Assembly (NCBI RefSeq): GCF_016433145.1
Contig: NC_058132.1
Location: forward strand, 526,548,576-526,612,575
Source of the DNA: Gracilinanus agilis
Taxonomy: Eukaryota
Reading direction: 5' to 3'
Length of the DNA: 64,000 nt
Within the stretch, counting starts at the first letter, position 1, and every line of letters begins with the position of its first letter. This document shows, one piece after another, positions 25,661-39,169 of this stretch. The notes below the pieces were generated by a model. The model did not search any database. It had not been told where the DNA came from and was given only the letters and a program-made list of their open reading frames with translations. Position numbers and translations under genes: made by a program.

Positions 25661-26109
25661 TTTTATGGTAAGGTAAAGTTAGTTTTTCTAGATCTAGAGT
25701 TATTAATCTTGTTGTTTTCAGAGCCCTTTGGCATTCTGGTAAATCCTATGGGATCCTTAGAACAAAAACTTTAAATAGTTGAAAGAAATGCCCCATTTTG
25801 GTTGGAGATTATTGCAAATAAAGATATTAACAACTGTCACCCCTACCCCCCAATAAGTTTAGGGAATAGCTTGAAATCTTTCCACAGGCCCCCCAAATTT
25901 AGAACCCTTAACCTAAATTTATATACTGGCTCCTCTGGAGATCATATAGCCTATGACACTTGGGAAGGAGGAAGAATAGGTTATTAATTTGGTTTGTATT
26001 GAAATCAGGTACGTGGGTGGGGGATAGGAAATTAAAATACATTCTGAGAAGAGGTCACACATTCACAGCAGTCTTGAATCTTATAAAAGATTTTACTTAC
26101 AACCTCTTT

Positions 26110-26212
26110 CGACTACAGTGGAGAAGGAAATGGGAGACCACTCCAGTATTTTTGCCAAGAAAACCCCATATGGGATCATAAGGAGTTGGACACAACTGAA
26201 CAAGCCACAAAA
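26110..26212 (+). mobile_element. MAR1/RTE-type 3' tail fragment
   Basis: ggagaaggaaatgggagaccactccagtatttttgccaagaaaacccc...gttggacacaactgaacaa, same tail as 15083-15312. Confidence 0.8.
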
Positions 26213-26318
26213 CCTATCCTCATTTAGGACTTTCTGAGACTGTATCAAAAGTAGACACACATTGGGTGGGTGTGGGAGAGGAGGAGCCTATTTGACCATA
26301 AATAAATCAACCACTCCC

Positions 26319-26515
26319 GGGGCAGCTGGGTAGCTCAGTGGATTGAGAGCCAGGCCTAGAGACAGGAGGTCCTAGGTTCAAACCCGGCCTCAGCCACTTC
26401 CCAGCTGTGTGACCCTGGGCAAGTCACTTGACCCCCATTGCCCACCCTTACCAATCTTCCAGCTATGAGACAATACACCGAAGTACAAGGGCTCAAAAAA
26501 ATAAATAAATAAATG
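26319..26515 (+). mobile_element. Young SINE1_Mdo (short-tail subfamily), 13-bp TSD, inserted in a MIR
   Basis: TSD aatcaaccactcc at 26305-26317 and 26516-26528; intact A/B boxes, retained CpGs, (AAAT)n tail. Confidence 0.95.
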
Positions 26516-27485
26516 AATCAACCACTCCAACCCTCTGTTCCCAGTCTGTAAAATGGGGATACTGTCCTTCAATGGCAGATACTATCTACAAAATGCTTTG
26601 TTACCTTTAAAGCACTGTATACAAATATTTGCTATTATTTCTATTTTATTTTTTTTATTATTATTTTTGTAGTAGTAGTGACAAGATATAATGGGTAAAT
26701 TTGGGAACTAGAAGCTAATACCTCAATGTTATGACAGATATTTTGTCATTAATCCCCTTCTCATCTACTGTGGTATTTCTTTAAGTAGGGATTTTCTATT
26801 ATGTTAGAGGGTTCTTTTCTATTACTAAAGCTTTTTAGGTTCTCCTTTTTTGGGTAGTTTATTTGGGTAAGCTTATGTTCACTCTTTTATCTCTTGGGTG
26901 ATCATATTTGACTATATTTGAACTCCTCTTGTAGCAGATCTGCTATTTTTATATCCTGGGGAACAGCTGGATTAAGTAGCAGTAATAAGGACTCAGTTGA
27001 AGCTATGTAAAATAAATTTTTAGTATACTCCAAATGGTTGTGTTGATTTTTCTCTGCCTTTATTCAATAGCCTGTGTGTAAGAGTAAAGTATCTTGAAGC
27101 ATCCATGAAAAAAAGTGGAAATAATCCCACCTATTGTACCTTGTTATTGGTAAAGTGAAGTTGGCAAAATGATGAGGGGACTAGGAATTTGAGAGGAAGA
27201 CAGTAAAGAATTGAATTTGTTGATGGGGGTCAAAATGGGTAAAAGAAGAGAGTGGCCAGTGCAAGGGAGATGGCTTGGGATAGAATTGAGGAGTAGATAT
27301 GGATTAATAGTTGGGTTTAATAAGAGAAGGGTAAGTAGACCCAGGATCTGACCCTAGATATTCTGACTCCAATTTCAGACTTTTCCCCACTATATTATGC
27401 TATTTTTCAGTTGTGATAAGACCATTCATTCACCTTTTTGAATTTTATAGTTTTTATTCTCAAATCCCAAGAACAGAGAGAAGAC

Positions 27486-27675
27486 CAGAGGTGTCAAACT
27501 CTGCCCACAAGCCATATGTAGCCTCAAAACTCTTCTGAGAATAGAAGAACCAAATTATAATGTAATTGAGAAATATTTAACAATAAAACAATACAACATG
27601 GATAATGGTAATTTTCAGTTTCCTAAAAGTATTCAGCCTGCAGAGATCCGTTTCTATTTGAGTTTCACACCACTG
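27486..27675. mobile_element. Old Charlie-type hAT MITE, 190 bp
   Basis: TIRs cagaggtgtcaaactc / gagtttcacaccactg (14/16); related inverted copy at ~63770-63917; TSD eroded. Confidence 0.8.
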
Positions 27676-27794
27676 CCTTACGAGATCTGCAGTCCATTTT
27701 CTTTCCTTCAAGCAGAGTTCTTTTCAGATTACTATAAGAAATTCTAATAATATGTTTTAAGTAATTTTTTATGCCTGTAGATAGAATGCTAAAT

Positions 27795-28270
27795 AACAAC
27801 AGATGGCATTTGTGTAGCATTTTAAGGTTTGTAAAGTACTTAAATATATCATATGTAAATAACAACCCTGGGAGGCAGGTGCTATTATTAACTCCAGTTT
27901 ACAAATAAGGAAACTAAGGTAGACAGATTAAGGGACTTGCCCAGAATCACACAGCTAGTACATGTCTGATGCTGGATTTGAACCCAGGTCTTCATAGCTC
28001 TCTCACTGTTTAGTTTTGGGACTTCACTGAGACTGTAAAATAGGAGAACCAAAGGATGGATGTTGAACTACATAATCTCTAAAGTCCCTTTCAGCTCTAC
28101 AATGCTATTTGAATCCTGGTTAAGAGAGGCATGTAATACAGTGAGAATTAGGCTGGATTGGAAATCAGAGAACCTGGATTGGAATCTTGGGGCTTTCACT
28201 TATTACAAGAAGGCACTGAACCCGTTTATACATCTGTGTCTTCATCTGTAAAATGAGGAGATTGGATTAG
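27795..28270. mobile_element. Cluster of MIR/CORE-SINE fragments in both orientations
   Basis: CORE motifs tttacaaataaggaaactaagg and catctgtaaaatgaggag; similar MIRs at ~17190-17390, 29130-29360, 31105-31330, 32900-33100, 34085-34260, 41455-41640, 48880-49020, 49890-50070, 59900-60070, 60960-61165. Confidence 0.75.
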
Positions 28271-28493
28271 ATTGTGTCTGAGCCGTTCAAGCAGAAGCAG
28301 AGTCGCATATCCGAAGTCTGGAATATCCATTTTACACTCAGGAGAAACTTTGTTTATTTAAAGATTGATGATCATATGCCAAGAACAAACTAAATTGAAT
28401 CAATCATTTTCTGTGCTGACAGAGCAAATGTATGAGGTACCATTGTGCTTGATGACCATTCTTGTCATTTATCTATAATTAATATAGTATAAA

Positions 28494-28957
28494 TGTGATA
28501 GAGACAAGCTCTATCAAATAATTGAAGGGTCCCCAGGATGGGATGGGGGAGATGAGAAAATAGGTTTTGGGATCAGGAGGGCCAGAGACAAACTGGTAGC
28601 AAATCACTACAAAGTTTATTGATCACAGCTTCTTATTTATAGACAGATTTGAACAGACTGAGGGATTAGGTAAACTCTTCACATATACAGTGCATGTCAG
28701 TTTACATCATCGAATCTGGAGTTTTCTATAGGCTGATAAATCAGTATGTCAATATGTAACCATCTAACCCAGGTTCCCAGATAATGTGTACATCAGTAGC
28801 TTTTGGTAGGAACATACAGTTTCAGCAAAGGGGGAGGAGAAAGAGGGGTTGAAGCCTCACCTGAGGAATGAGCTACGTGTCTGACTTTAGCTGAATTATG
28901 GCTACCCCAGAGCTTTGCTCAATGGAGGCCTCTGGCTGTCCTCCTGCTGCCCTCACA
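28494..28957 (-). mobile_element. Solo LTR, 464 bp, 4-bp TSD
   Basis: tgtga...tcaca termini, TSD taaa/taaa; minus-strand TATAAATAAG and AATAAA; related to 18187-18651. Confidence 0.85.
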
Positions 28958-29742
28958 TAAATGTAAATATAGATTTATATCATTTTGTTATGGGGACTAA
29001 AAACTGTCTTGACCCCTTCAAAACTTTTTTTCCATTTAATTCCTATGACAGCTTCATGTGATTTTTTTTATTGTAAAAATCAAAGTTTATTATATGAAAT
29101 AGACCTTAGATGATGATATTGATGGTAATAACAGTAATATTCATGTAGTGCTTTAAGGCTTATTAAGTTCTTTGTTCTCACAGAACTTGGGGTAGGTACT
29201 ATAGGTGGGATTATTTCCACTTTTTTTCATAGAGCAAACTTGTGATTTCCCTCCAACGATGCATTTGTTTATCCTTTTATAATCTCAGTTGTCTAGGTGG
29301 GTCTTCAACCCAGACCACCTGACATTATGCCTCTCTACCCTACTTTTAAAGATGAAGATTTTGAGACTTTGAGTGGGGCAAGTATAAATAGACAGATTCT
29401 AAGTGTCTTGGGCATGAGAAGCTTGAATTTTCTTTCCCTTCTTTCAGATGGACACATAAAAATTAAGGTGAAATTATCCAGTAGAATAAAAGCTTCCTCA
29501 GGGTGGGGGACTGCTTTTCATTTTATTTTTTTTATCCTCAGTGCCTAGCACAGTACACGTAAGCATTTAATAAATGTTGTTGGATTTCATTAGATAGTAG
29601 TTTTGAGCTGGAAGGGATCTTGGAGAAAGTGTGTTCCAACCCCCTCATTTTCCAAATGAAGAAAGAAAGAACTAGGGAAGGGAAATAATGTGGCCGTGTT
29701 CATAGAGCTAGTAAATGATGGAGCTGGGATGTTAACCTAGTT

Positions 29743-29947
29743 CCATGTTGGCAAACCTATGGCATGCATGCTAGAGGGGGCTCCTCCCCTCCCCCTCTCC
29801 ACCATGCCTGAAGATACTTCTCCCATCCTCTGCCCAGCGGACCAATGTGAGCACCTCCTCCCTCCCTGTATGGGGTAAGGTGGGACTCACATGTGGCGGG
29901 AGAGTGGCAGTTTGGGCCCTCGGGCTCTAAAAGGTTTGCCATCACTT
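29743..29947. mobile_element. hAT MITE with CAGTGATGGCAAACCT-type TIRs, 205 bp, inside a MIR
   Basis: Right TIR aggtttgccatcact; left catgttggcaaacct (decayed); TSD acctagtt/actaagtt (6/8). Confidence 0.8.
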
Positions 29948-32900
29948 ACTAAGTTTTTAAATTCCACACCCAAAGTTCTTTTTGTTATACCATGAACTAA
30001 ATGCTGAAGTCTTTGGAGGCATCATAGTCACTAGAAAAAAGATGTCAAAAAGAAGAAATTAAACTGGAATAGAAGAGTAGGCCACAGGCAAGGCACAGTT
30101 TTACATATACTTTTTTGGAGGTCAAATAATGTTTTCTCTGGTGTGGGAAGGGGAGGTAAATAGATAACATAGGAATTTTAATGTAACAAAGAAATTAAAA
30201 ACCAGGAACCAAAAAAAGACAAATTATTAGTTAAAAATTATAATAAATGTGAGGAAATGAGCTTAAAGATTTTTCAGTATTGAATAAATACATGAGGCCT
30301 TCATTAAGCAGGAGTTACTGTTTCAGTTCATGAATTCTTACTTTAAATTATTGAATGCCAGTAAATTAAAGCTCACTGTGATTGAAACCAGAGACTGAAA
30401 TGGTTTTAGCTGATTAGTGGATCAATCAGAAGGGCAAAGTGACAGCCTGGGAATCTAATTGAGAAAGCACCCTGCTGCTCTCATTGATCACACTTAGTCA
30501 CAAGCTTCAGGTCAGGGCATGTGACCAACTGAAAAATGTATAATCTCACAGCCTTCCCCAAAGGAGGCAAAGGAAGCAAACTGCATGGAATGTTTTCATG
30601 AGGGCAAGGATTTCCTGTAAATTTGTTTGAAGTGACCAACTTGTTTTTGATGTTCTACTCTATAGAAGTGACAGTAATCTGGTATTCTCTTTTTCTCTTT
30701 TATACTACATAAAAATTGGGTTATCATTGTGATCTTAATTTTTAATAAGCCACATATTTGAGTATTTACTGAATACTTCTGCAGATAAAATAATTCATAT
30801 TTGCATTTAAATACCTTTGCAAATAAAATAATTTAATAGAAGCATTTTTTTTCCTTTCCCAGAAAGTGATATTGTTAGAAAATGCTAAAATTGACCAGTT
30901 CGCTTTGTACTTTAATTGAACCAGTAAAATGTACATTTTGAGTCAACAGGGCATGTAGGCAACTCAGGGCCATATTATCTACTTTGGTCCTCCATTGTGA
31001 TTGCATGCTACTTAGCTATTTTTTTACTCATCATTAGAATTAGCACCTTCACCAGAAACTGGAAATAGGAGCAGGTAAAATTCCATGAGGCAATAATATT
31101 TCCTATCTTAACAACTCACACACATGGAGCACTTTAAGGTTTATGAAGTATTTTCCTCACAGTGACTCCCTGGGGTAGATTGTACAAATATTATTTTACC
31201 CATTTTATAGATAAGGAGACTAGCAGATTAGAGAAGTTTAAGAGCTTATTTGTGGTAACAGCTAGTTTTGGAGCTGAGATTTGAACTAAAGTTTCTTGAT
31301 TCAAAGTCCAGCACTTACCCCATTATACCACTTGCCTCTTTTAGCCTCTGATTTGGTTTGATGGGGTAGGAAATGGGAACCATAGTTTTTATTTCATTTA
31401 TCTTTGAATATTTTCATCTCCATTGCTTTTGCCTCTTATTACTATACAAGTCTATCAGTGAATTGGGTACAAAAAACCACAATATTTCAAGTTGATATAG
31501 AATGACTATTTATGCATTTTTTTCTTTCTTGTTATAAACTGATATTCAGAATGGAGCCAATCAACTTTTTATTGTTCAGCAAACTCAAAAATAGGTGAAA
31601 TGAAGATGAAATTATAGTAGGGAATGAATGAGAGCCAACTTGAGCAGTATATTATAAGTACATTGATAAATCACTGGCATTTTGCCTCAGTTCCAGAAGT
31701 AAAATCAGATGGAAGATTGTTAGAACAAATGAGTTGTTTGTTCATATAACCTTACCTTCCTTTAAGAAAATCAAATTATGTAAGAATCTAGGTTAGTACA
31801 ATTAGCAGTAGTGGTGGAAATTCTAGACTCCCAAGCAACACATTCAGAAAGGGCCCTAACATGGTTAATTGCAAAATGAGGTTTTCAGCTAAATGGTGCC
31901 CTGTGATTATCAAAGTTCATAGCTTTGAAAGGAGGTGATTATCAATAGAAACAAAAGCCACAATATCTGTGAAATTATACTGTATAGCACTGAGAAAATG
32001 ATTCAGTCTTAAAAAATTTGATTTACACAACTTTTCAGGAACATGTTATAATACAAAGTAGGCCTCTCATGGTGTTTTCCTTGAAGAAAGAAATGAAGTA
32101 TATAAATAGAGCAGTCTATGTTTATCGACACAACTGTGGATTTATCAGTAATGCATTTGACCTTAGAATGAATATTTTAGTTTCGTTTCCTTCTGGCTTT
32201 ACTGCAGATACTATTTTTATTTGAGTAAAAGTACGTGACATTAAGGCACTTTTTGTTCACTGAAATGTGCTCATCATACATGTGCAAAACTATAGACTAC
32301 TGGATTTTAGAAATACAAGTAAGGGCATTGCTAGCTACATATAGACTCTAATGGAAAGTCTGTTGAAGATGAATATTGAATTTCTGGGTTTCTCTAGCCC
32401 TACCTAATTTATGGCCTCATCTACTGTTTTATAGTCTGTGATATCCATGTTTAGGTTTTAGGTCTAGTTTCTCTGGGAAATACTTTATACAATTAGTGAA
32501 AATTTCACTTCTTGGCTCTTTAAGTTTGGGTTGTGGCAGTGACTAGTTGACCCAGTCATTCATATTTTCTTTTTTTTACCTCTTATCTATAAAATGCTTG
32601 TTTGACATTGCTTCACAAGATCAATACAAGTACTAATAAGACTAAGGAAACAATAATTCTCACAGTGGAAAAAGTCTATCAAGAACAAAGTATTCTTGTC
32701 ACAAATTATAAGAAAAGTGGTACAGAATTGTTATTATATTAATAGTTTTTTGAGACATTTCACCCTGCTCCCCACATTTTTTTAAATTTCTGATTAATTT
32801 CCATATTATGCTTTTCCAGCTTTCTTTTGGTCAGCGAATTATGCTGTAAATCCATTATATACTCAAAAGCACACATAGAACACTAAATAAATTCAGTAGA

Positions 32901-34367
32901 AAGAGCATTGAAACTGCAATTAGCAGATTTCAAATCCTATCTCAGGTTCTTACCAACTGTATTTATGAGTGGGCAAGCCATTTTAGGCCTGCTTTCCTCA
33001 GTTTCCTCATTTATAAAATGGAGATAATACCACCCACCTTCCAAAGTTATTGTGAGTATAAAATGAGATATTTATAAAGTGCTCTGCAAACCTTAAATGA
33101 TATTCAAGCTCTTTGTTGTCGTCATCATTATCATCATATGGTGGTCATGCTAAATGTGTCTATAGTTACTATTTGCCTTAAAGGAAATATTAATAAGTAT
33201 TAATAGTTGAACCACTTCTTAAGCAAGTTTAATGGAACAGAGGGACTAAAGAGTTTCTTTCCTTGAATTATTTTACTCTCAGTTGCTTTAGCCTTACCAT
33301 GAGTCTGTGGATTTTTCCCTGTCTCCCTACCCCGAACCCTGTTCAACCCTTCCACAAGTTCTGTTTCTGTAACTACAAGTATATGTTCACAAAAAGTGAA
33401 CAGTTTGTTCCAGGCAAGCCTCCATTTTTTGAGTGCTTTGATATTTGACCTTGCATAGATTAAACATTTGTGACTTTTAAACTCAATGTTGCCACCATGT
33501 GTGGTCACACCCTCCCCCCAAAACCCCCCAATTTGGGTATGCTACAAACACAGTAAACCATGCTTCTCATGCCCCTCCCCACCTTTTTTTTGGACTGGTA
33601 GAAATATTTTTATTTAGCATAGAAGATACACATTTCCTTTTTGTAAGATAATCAAAGATGGTATAACTCAACAAAGCTTTTTCAAAGGCATAAGATAGGC
33701 CCTTTGAATTTCTTGACATGCCTTGGTTTCCTGGTTTCTAGGTCATATGTTAGGATTATGCCTTTTGGCCTTTTGGTTCTACCTGGTTCCCTCTGGTATA
33801 GTAGTAGAGGGTTAGAACTTAATAAGGATTGCAACAGATCATGCAGTTCACTGAAACAATAGACATAAAAATTATTTCTTTATCTTCTCTCAGATTCAGT
33901 CCTCTAGTCTGAGAGCTAGCCATCCCATTAGCAATCTATTCAAAACATTTTCTAGGGCAGAAAAAGGAACTTTTTTCATGATTCCCCCCTTTAATAATTT
34001 TGGTTAAAAAGTTTATTGAGGTAGAAAAGATACTATGGATATCCTTACTCATCTGGAAAATGGAAATGATAATACCTTCCTTGAAAGACAGTGTGGAGTA
34101 GTATATTTAGAGCTTCCTTTAGAATTAGGAATCCCTGGGCTCAAGTCCTGCCTCTCACTTATTCTGACTTTGTGACCTTAACTCTAAGACTATAATTCCT
34201 TCCCCAGGTTTGTTGTTGGGAAAGCATTTATAAAGCTTAAAACCCTGTAGAGACATGAATTACAAGTTGTCTGGAGTCTGTCACATTATTTTTCCTCACC
34301 CTAGTCAAATTACTTTGTGATTAAAAGTGCCATTTTAATGACTCTCACCAATTTATGTTTCTGATAG

Positions 34368-34476
34368 TTAGAACCTGGTGCTCTAGATGAAACTCAGATT
34401 GCTACTATATTAAGAGAAATCCTGAAAGGACTTGATTACTTGCATTCAGAAAAGAAAATTCACCGAGATATCAAAG
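34368..34476 (+). CDS. STK24: STK24 coding exon (exon 4 equivalent), 109 nt, phase 0-1
   Basis: ctgatAG|TTAGAA...ATCAAAG|GTaaga; [36 protein letters not shown] including the catalytic HRD motif. Confidence 0.97.
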
Positions 34477-34811
34477 GTAAGAAAAGCATGTTGCTTTTTA
34501 TTCCCTTAAATTCGGGGTAGTTTATCAAACAGCTGAGGAAAAAGTCTGAATGTGAACTCTGTCAAAGCTCTCCAGCGCTCTCTGTTTTCAGCAGGATCCT
34601 TTTTCAGCAAATAAGCCTTGCATTTTTTCCTTATGTGTGCCATGTACAGAGCATTGCTGCTGGCTTTTGTTGGGAAGAGGTGGGTGATGTGGTGTAAAGA
34701 TTTATACATAGAAAAGTGTGTAAGACTTGATCCCTATCATGAAGAATCTTTATAGATGGATTGAGATGTCAGCTCTATAGCTTTGAGAAACAAAAGTAGG
34801 GCTAGTATTGA

Positions 34812-35069
<258 letters not shown>

Positions 35070-36061
35070 TAACTTATAGCAAAACCTTCTTTTAGAGCAG
35101 CCTTGAAACAGACTATAATACCTACTTCTTAATTTATTTTAAAAAACAAAAAAGCCAAAATAAACCCCAAACAAAACTCTTCAATTAACTTACTGTTCAC
35201 TTTGACAGCGTTCACCAATCTTCAGAACTGGTAGGTTCCCTACCTGATGACCTAATTTTTTTGTGAAATGAGCCTGGGAAGAAGTTAAGAAGAATATAGC
35301 TGAAGTCTCAACTCTTCTTTTCTATCAATTCTCAGGATATTGATTACATCACTTTGCTTTACAGCTAGCTTGTCGTTGGTTTACAATTTATTCCAACATT
35401 TAATAGTTGTTGCCTTATTAATATATAAGCAGACCACTGTGTCTTTTTTTTTTTTTTTAAAGAAGTGCTTTAAAAGAGTTGTTACTTTGAGTGGCTGAGT
35501 CTACTCTCTGGAGGAGAATTTCAGTTCGTACAGGAGCTATTGATAATCCTCAGAGAAATATTATCCTTTTCTTTCTCTTAGTAACATACTTTTTGAGTGT
35601 TGCAATGGATCCATTCATAAGAGTATTCATTCTAGAGTGCAGAATTCTAGAGTGACCCTTCCACATCTTCTCATTCAATGCTATTCTTGTTCAAGTATTC
35701 TTTTTTTTTTTAAGACCTACCTAATATTCTAGAATAGTGACTTTTCTCTAGTCTCTAAAAATTATAAGATCATAACAAGTCAGCATGCTCTTGATTTTTA
35801 TAGGTCATCTAATCATTGGATATCAATGTACCCCCAAAGATACGTTTTGTTAGCCATCACTTTTACTAAATGGCCTATATCCTTTCAGATTGTACATTTC
35901 TTGGTGATGTCCTTTATGCCACTTGTTGCAGACAGGACATTATTGGCAGTATATAGTATCAGTCTAGTTATACTCACCATTAATCTTTCTCTTTTGGTTT
36001 TTATTTTTTTATGTTTGCTACCCACAATCTTGATTCTCTAAAGGTTACGATATTGGTTGAT

Positions 36062-36925
36062 TGTGTAAGGGTTAAATTTAATGATTGGACAATAATTTTA
36101 TTAAATTATGTGGTTGCTAATATTTATTATATCTTAAATCAGAAATTTATTTACAAATTTTTACAAAATGGAGAGGAAACAATAAAATAGAGAAATATGA
36201 AGAGGTTAGAGAAGTTATCTATCCTATCAACCTAAATGTTTACTTCTGGTCTGCTTAATCCAGGCAGAGATTAATTAGCTCTCAACTAGGAAGGCTGGTG
36301 GTGAGTAACCACGCGGCCTCCTCCAAGATGGAAGTTAGTCTCTTAGGATAACTAGGAAAGGAGTCAGCCTTTCACTCACCCAATGAAGTAATCCAAGAGT
36401 CAGAGTCTAAGTTCAAGCCTAGCTCCAAGCCCATGATCCAAGCCACAGTGTCCAGTGAAGCTCCCTCAAAGGCTATCTCCAGAAGATACTCTCTTCAGAC
36501 TTATCTTCTCAAAGACAGTCTACTCTGAGGGAGTTCAGGGCTTGCTTTTATGGTAACTTCTTGACCCTGCCCCTCTTCACAGGGTGCAATCACAGTTTCC
36601 AAATTGTGTAGCACTGCCCAGGGAGTGGTGTTTGTGGTATTTACACCTCTCATCCTCTGAAGGTTTCAACTCTGATTATAGGACTCACAAGTTTGGGACT
36701 GAATTAAAAGGGTAGAGCTCTCTAAGTAAGTGACTTGTGAATGCTCTAAGTACCTTGCTAGCTTCTCACCTAGTACTAAGTAGGGTGTTCAATCTTTTAT
36801 TGATTCAATTTAAAAGTAGACAAAGGAGAGTTTATCCTGTCTTCAGTCTAGTGAGCTACTAAGTAGGGGTACTTAAGTTAGTGTTAACTCAAGATAGACA
36901 ATAGTGTAAAGAATTCTCTTTCACA
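36062..36925 (-). mobile_element. Long solo LTR (~864 bp), antisense to STK24
   Basis: tgtg...caca termini, flanks ttgat/ttgaa; minus-strand CATAAAA (36552-36546), donor TGG|GTGAGT (36380/36379), AATAAA (36151-36146). Confidence 0.8.
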
Positions 36926-37149
36926 TTGAAAAAGGTAGGAGGGGTTTTGGGGGGGATGGAGGGAAATGGGGTGTGATCTAGAGTTGTGACTTTCTGATAT
37001 AAGAAACTTCCTTTCTCAGTCAGATTCAGCAGCTAATTTTCAACATATGGCCTTGAAAAGGTAGGACTGAGAGATTATGCAGTTGCCCGAGGCCATATAG
37101 TATCTGAGAGGAGATCTGGAACCTGAGTTTTTCTGACTTGGAGGCCATC

Positions 37150-37540
37150 TCCTACTGTCAGTGATGTCTCTTGTACCAGAAGAATATTGGTTTTAAAAAA
37201 GACGACCTTTGTGTTATATAGCAGCTTGGGATATGAGAAGTGCTGTACCATTTCCCAAATACCGTCTAGCCCATTTTCTTTCTCTTTTTCCATTTCTGGG
37301 CCCAGCTCATTGTCCATTTGTACGTATGCCAAAGGTCTTGCTCAGTGGACTGCCCATCCATACCTTCTACTTAAGGAATTCTACATTCATGAATCATTTT
37401 AAATCTCATTTAAGAGACTTTGGGGCATAGTGTTTTAATCAGTACAATGTCATCTATGAGGAGACATATTTGAAGGGCATAATATAAGGGGGAAGCCTTC
37501 CTAGAAAAAATGCCTGTAAGAAATTCATTTTCCAGGTAGA
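37150..37540 (-). mobile_element. RTE LINE ORF fragment
   Basis: ORF track 37075-37332(-) reads VQMDNELGPEMEKEKENGLDGIW...YPKL, matching the RTE reverse-transcriptase C-terminal segment; gatgacattgtactgatt (DDIVLI) lies upstream on the minus strand. Confidence 0.7.
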
Positions 37541-38829
37541 TGTTATATAACCCATCTTCTATGACTATGGTAAATACATTTTGGCCTTGAGTTTCTTATC
37601 TATAAAAAATGGCCTCTGAGATCCTTCTCCAATTTTAAATCTATGATCATATGATGTTCACCAGTCTTCCTGTTTTATGCCTCACTTGTTATTAATAATG
37701 AAAAAAAATCATTGAAGTTTTATCTGTGGTTCTGTCTATTAAAGAATCTCATGTAGTTCTTGTAGGAAGAGAATCTTTATAGTTCCATCTGGCTTTTTCA
37801 AATCAAATACTTTTTTTTTCTGATTGACATGTAAACATTTTGGAATCTGTCAGTTGTAGGGTTAAAAGATGTCTGTTGCTATAGGAAATCACTTACAAAA
37901 ATCTGCCAGGTTCTTCTCTTCATATTTTTTTTTCAAGGATGTTCTTGATCTGTGTGGAGATCATTTTGACAAAGATATTATAAGTATGAGGAAGTAGGCA
38001 TATGAATATATAGTTTTTGGTATCTTCTTAATTACTTTAAAAAGTTGTATTATATGAATCTACTTTTTTTAAATCCCTTCCAAATATTTTGAAAATTAAT
38101 CACTTGTTTTTATAAGATTGTATTCTCTTCATCCTAGATTTCTCCTATATTTGGTCTGGTTTATCTGCTTCATCAGAGTTAGTGCCAGTTTCCCTTATTC
38201 ATATGTTCACATTGGGGACTGAGGCATTAGGAGTTCAAATGTAGTAGTTCTATTTAAAAGCTTCCCTGACACATTTAAGGGAATATGGAATTTTTTCATT
38301 ATGGCCAGGCTTCTGTGAGAGCAATTCTTAGGTATGGGAAATAGATTATGTTCTCTAGGGCCTCTTTAGAACTATTAACAATTGGAATTATGGCCTTCTG
38401 TGGAGGAACTTTTTGATGAAGTGCCTTACTCTTGTAGATGTTAAGTGCCATTTTCATTGCCTTATGGATATGTTGACTATTATTTGAAGGTCTGCTTCAT
38501 TATGGGCAATCTTCCTTTCAGTGATTTTCTCTTTATTATTTAAGGCACATTTGCTATTTAAGTGCATTTAATGCTTTTGCTGAAATATGCTCTTAATGAT
38601 GTTCTCATCACCCATTATCTTTAGTAGTTGGCCACACTCAGTATTCCCATAAGTTCCTTACCAATGTCAGACAAAATTGTAATACATTTCTTCTTACTCA
38701 GCAAATCATTCTTACTGAACTGCTTCACCTTTATCTGACTCAAGGCTCTAGGGTGACTTCATGTACCTTTCTTTTAGTGATGAAGCACTCTGACTATGCT
38801 TTCTAAGCCAAAGAAAGCTTTGACCAAAG

Positions 38830-39164
38830 TGAAGCCCCAGGGGGTTGGAACGAGGAGACAATTAAGGAAAATCGTGATGGGACAAAGCCAGCCCTTAATT
38901 ATCTCTGCCTGCTTATGACATGTATGAGTCAGAACCACACATAATCAGAAACCCCAGTTTACCCAGGGGTTTTATCATAAATGATATATTATTCTTCACA
39001 TATGGATGATGCGGGTACTAGGCTTATTCCTTTGGTGGTTTTTTCCCTTAAATGGTGATATATCCATTTTTACCCCCTCTATACTGTGATTTTATTCACT
39101 TTCTGACCATTACTGTGCGTTTGTGAGATGCCTGCCCAGAGTATATAATAGTGGCTATGTAACA
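38830..39164 (+). mobile_element. Probable short solo LTR (~335 bp)
   Basis: tgaag...taaca termini; caaagtg repeated at both ends; U5-like 3' part. Confidence 0.5.
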
Positions 39165-39169
39165 AAGTG

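Noticed and set aside
18187-28957. The two related antisense LTRs as ends of one provirus
   Set aside because: Each has its own flanking direct repeat, no PBS/PPT is evident, and an ancestral STK24 exon lies between them.
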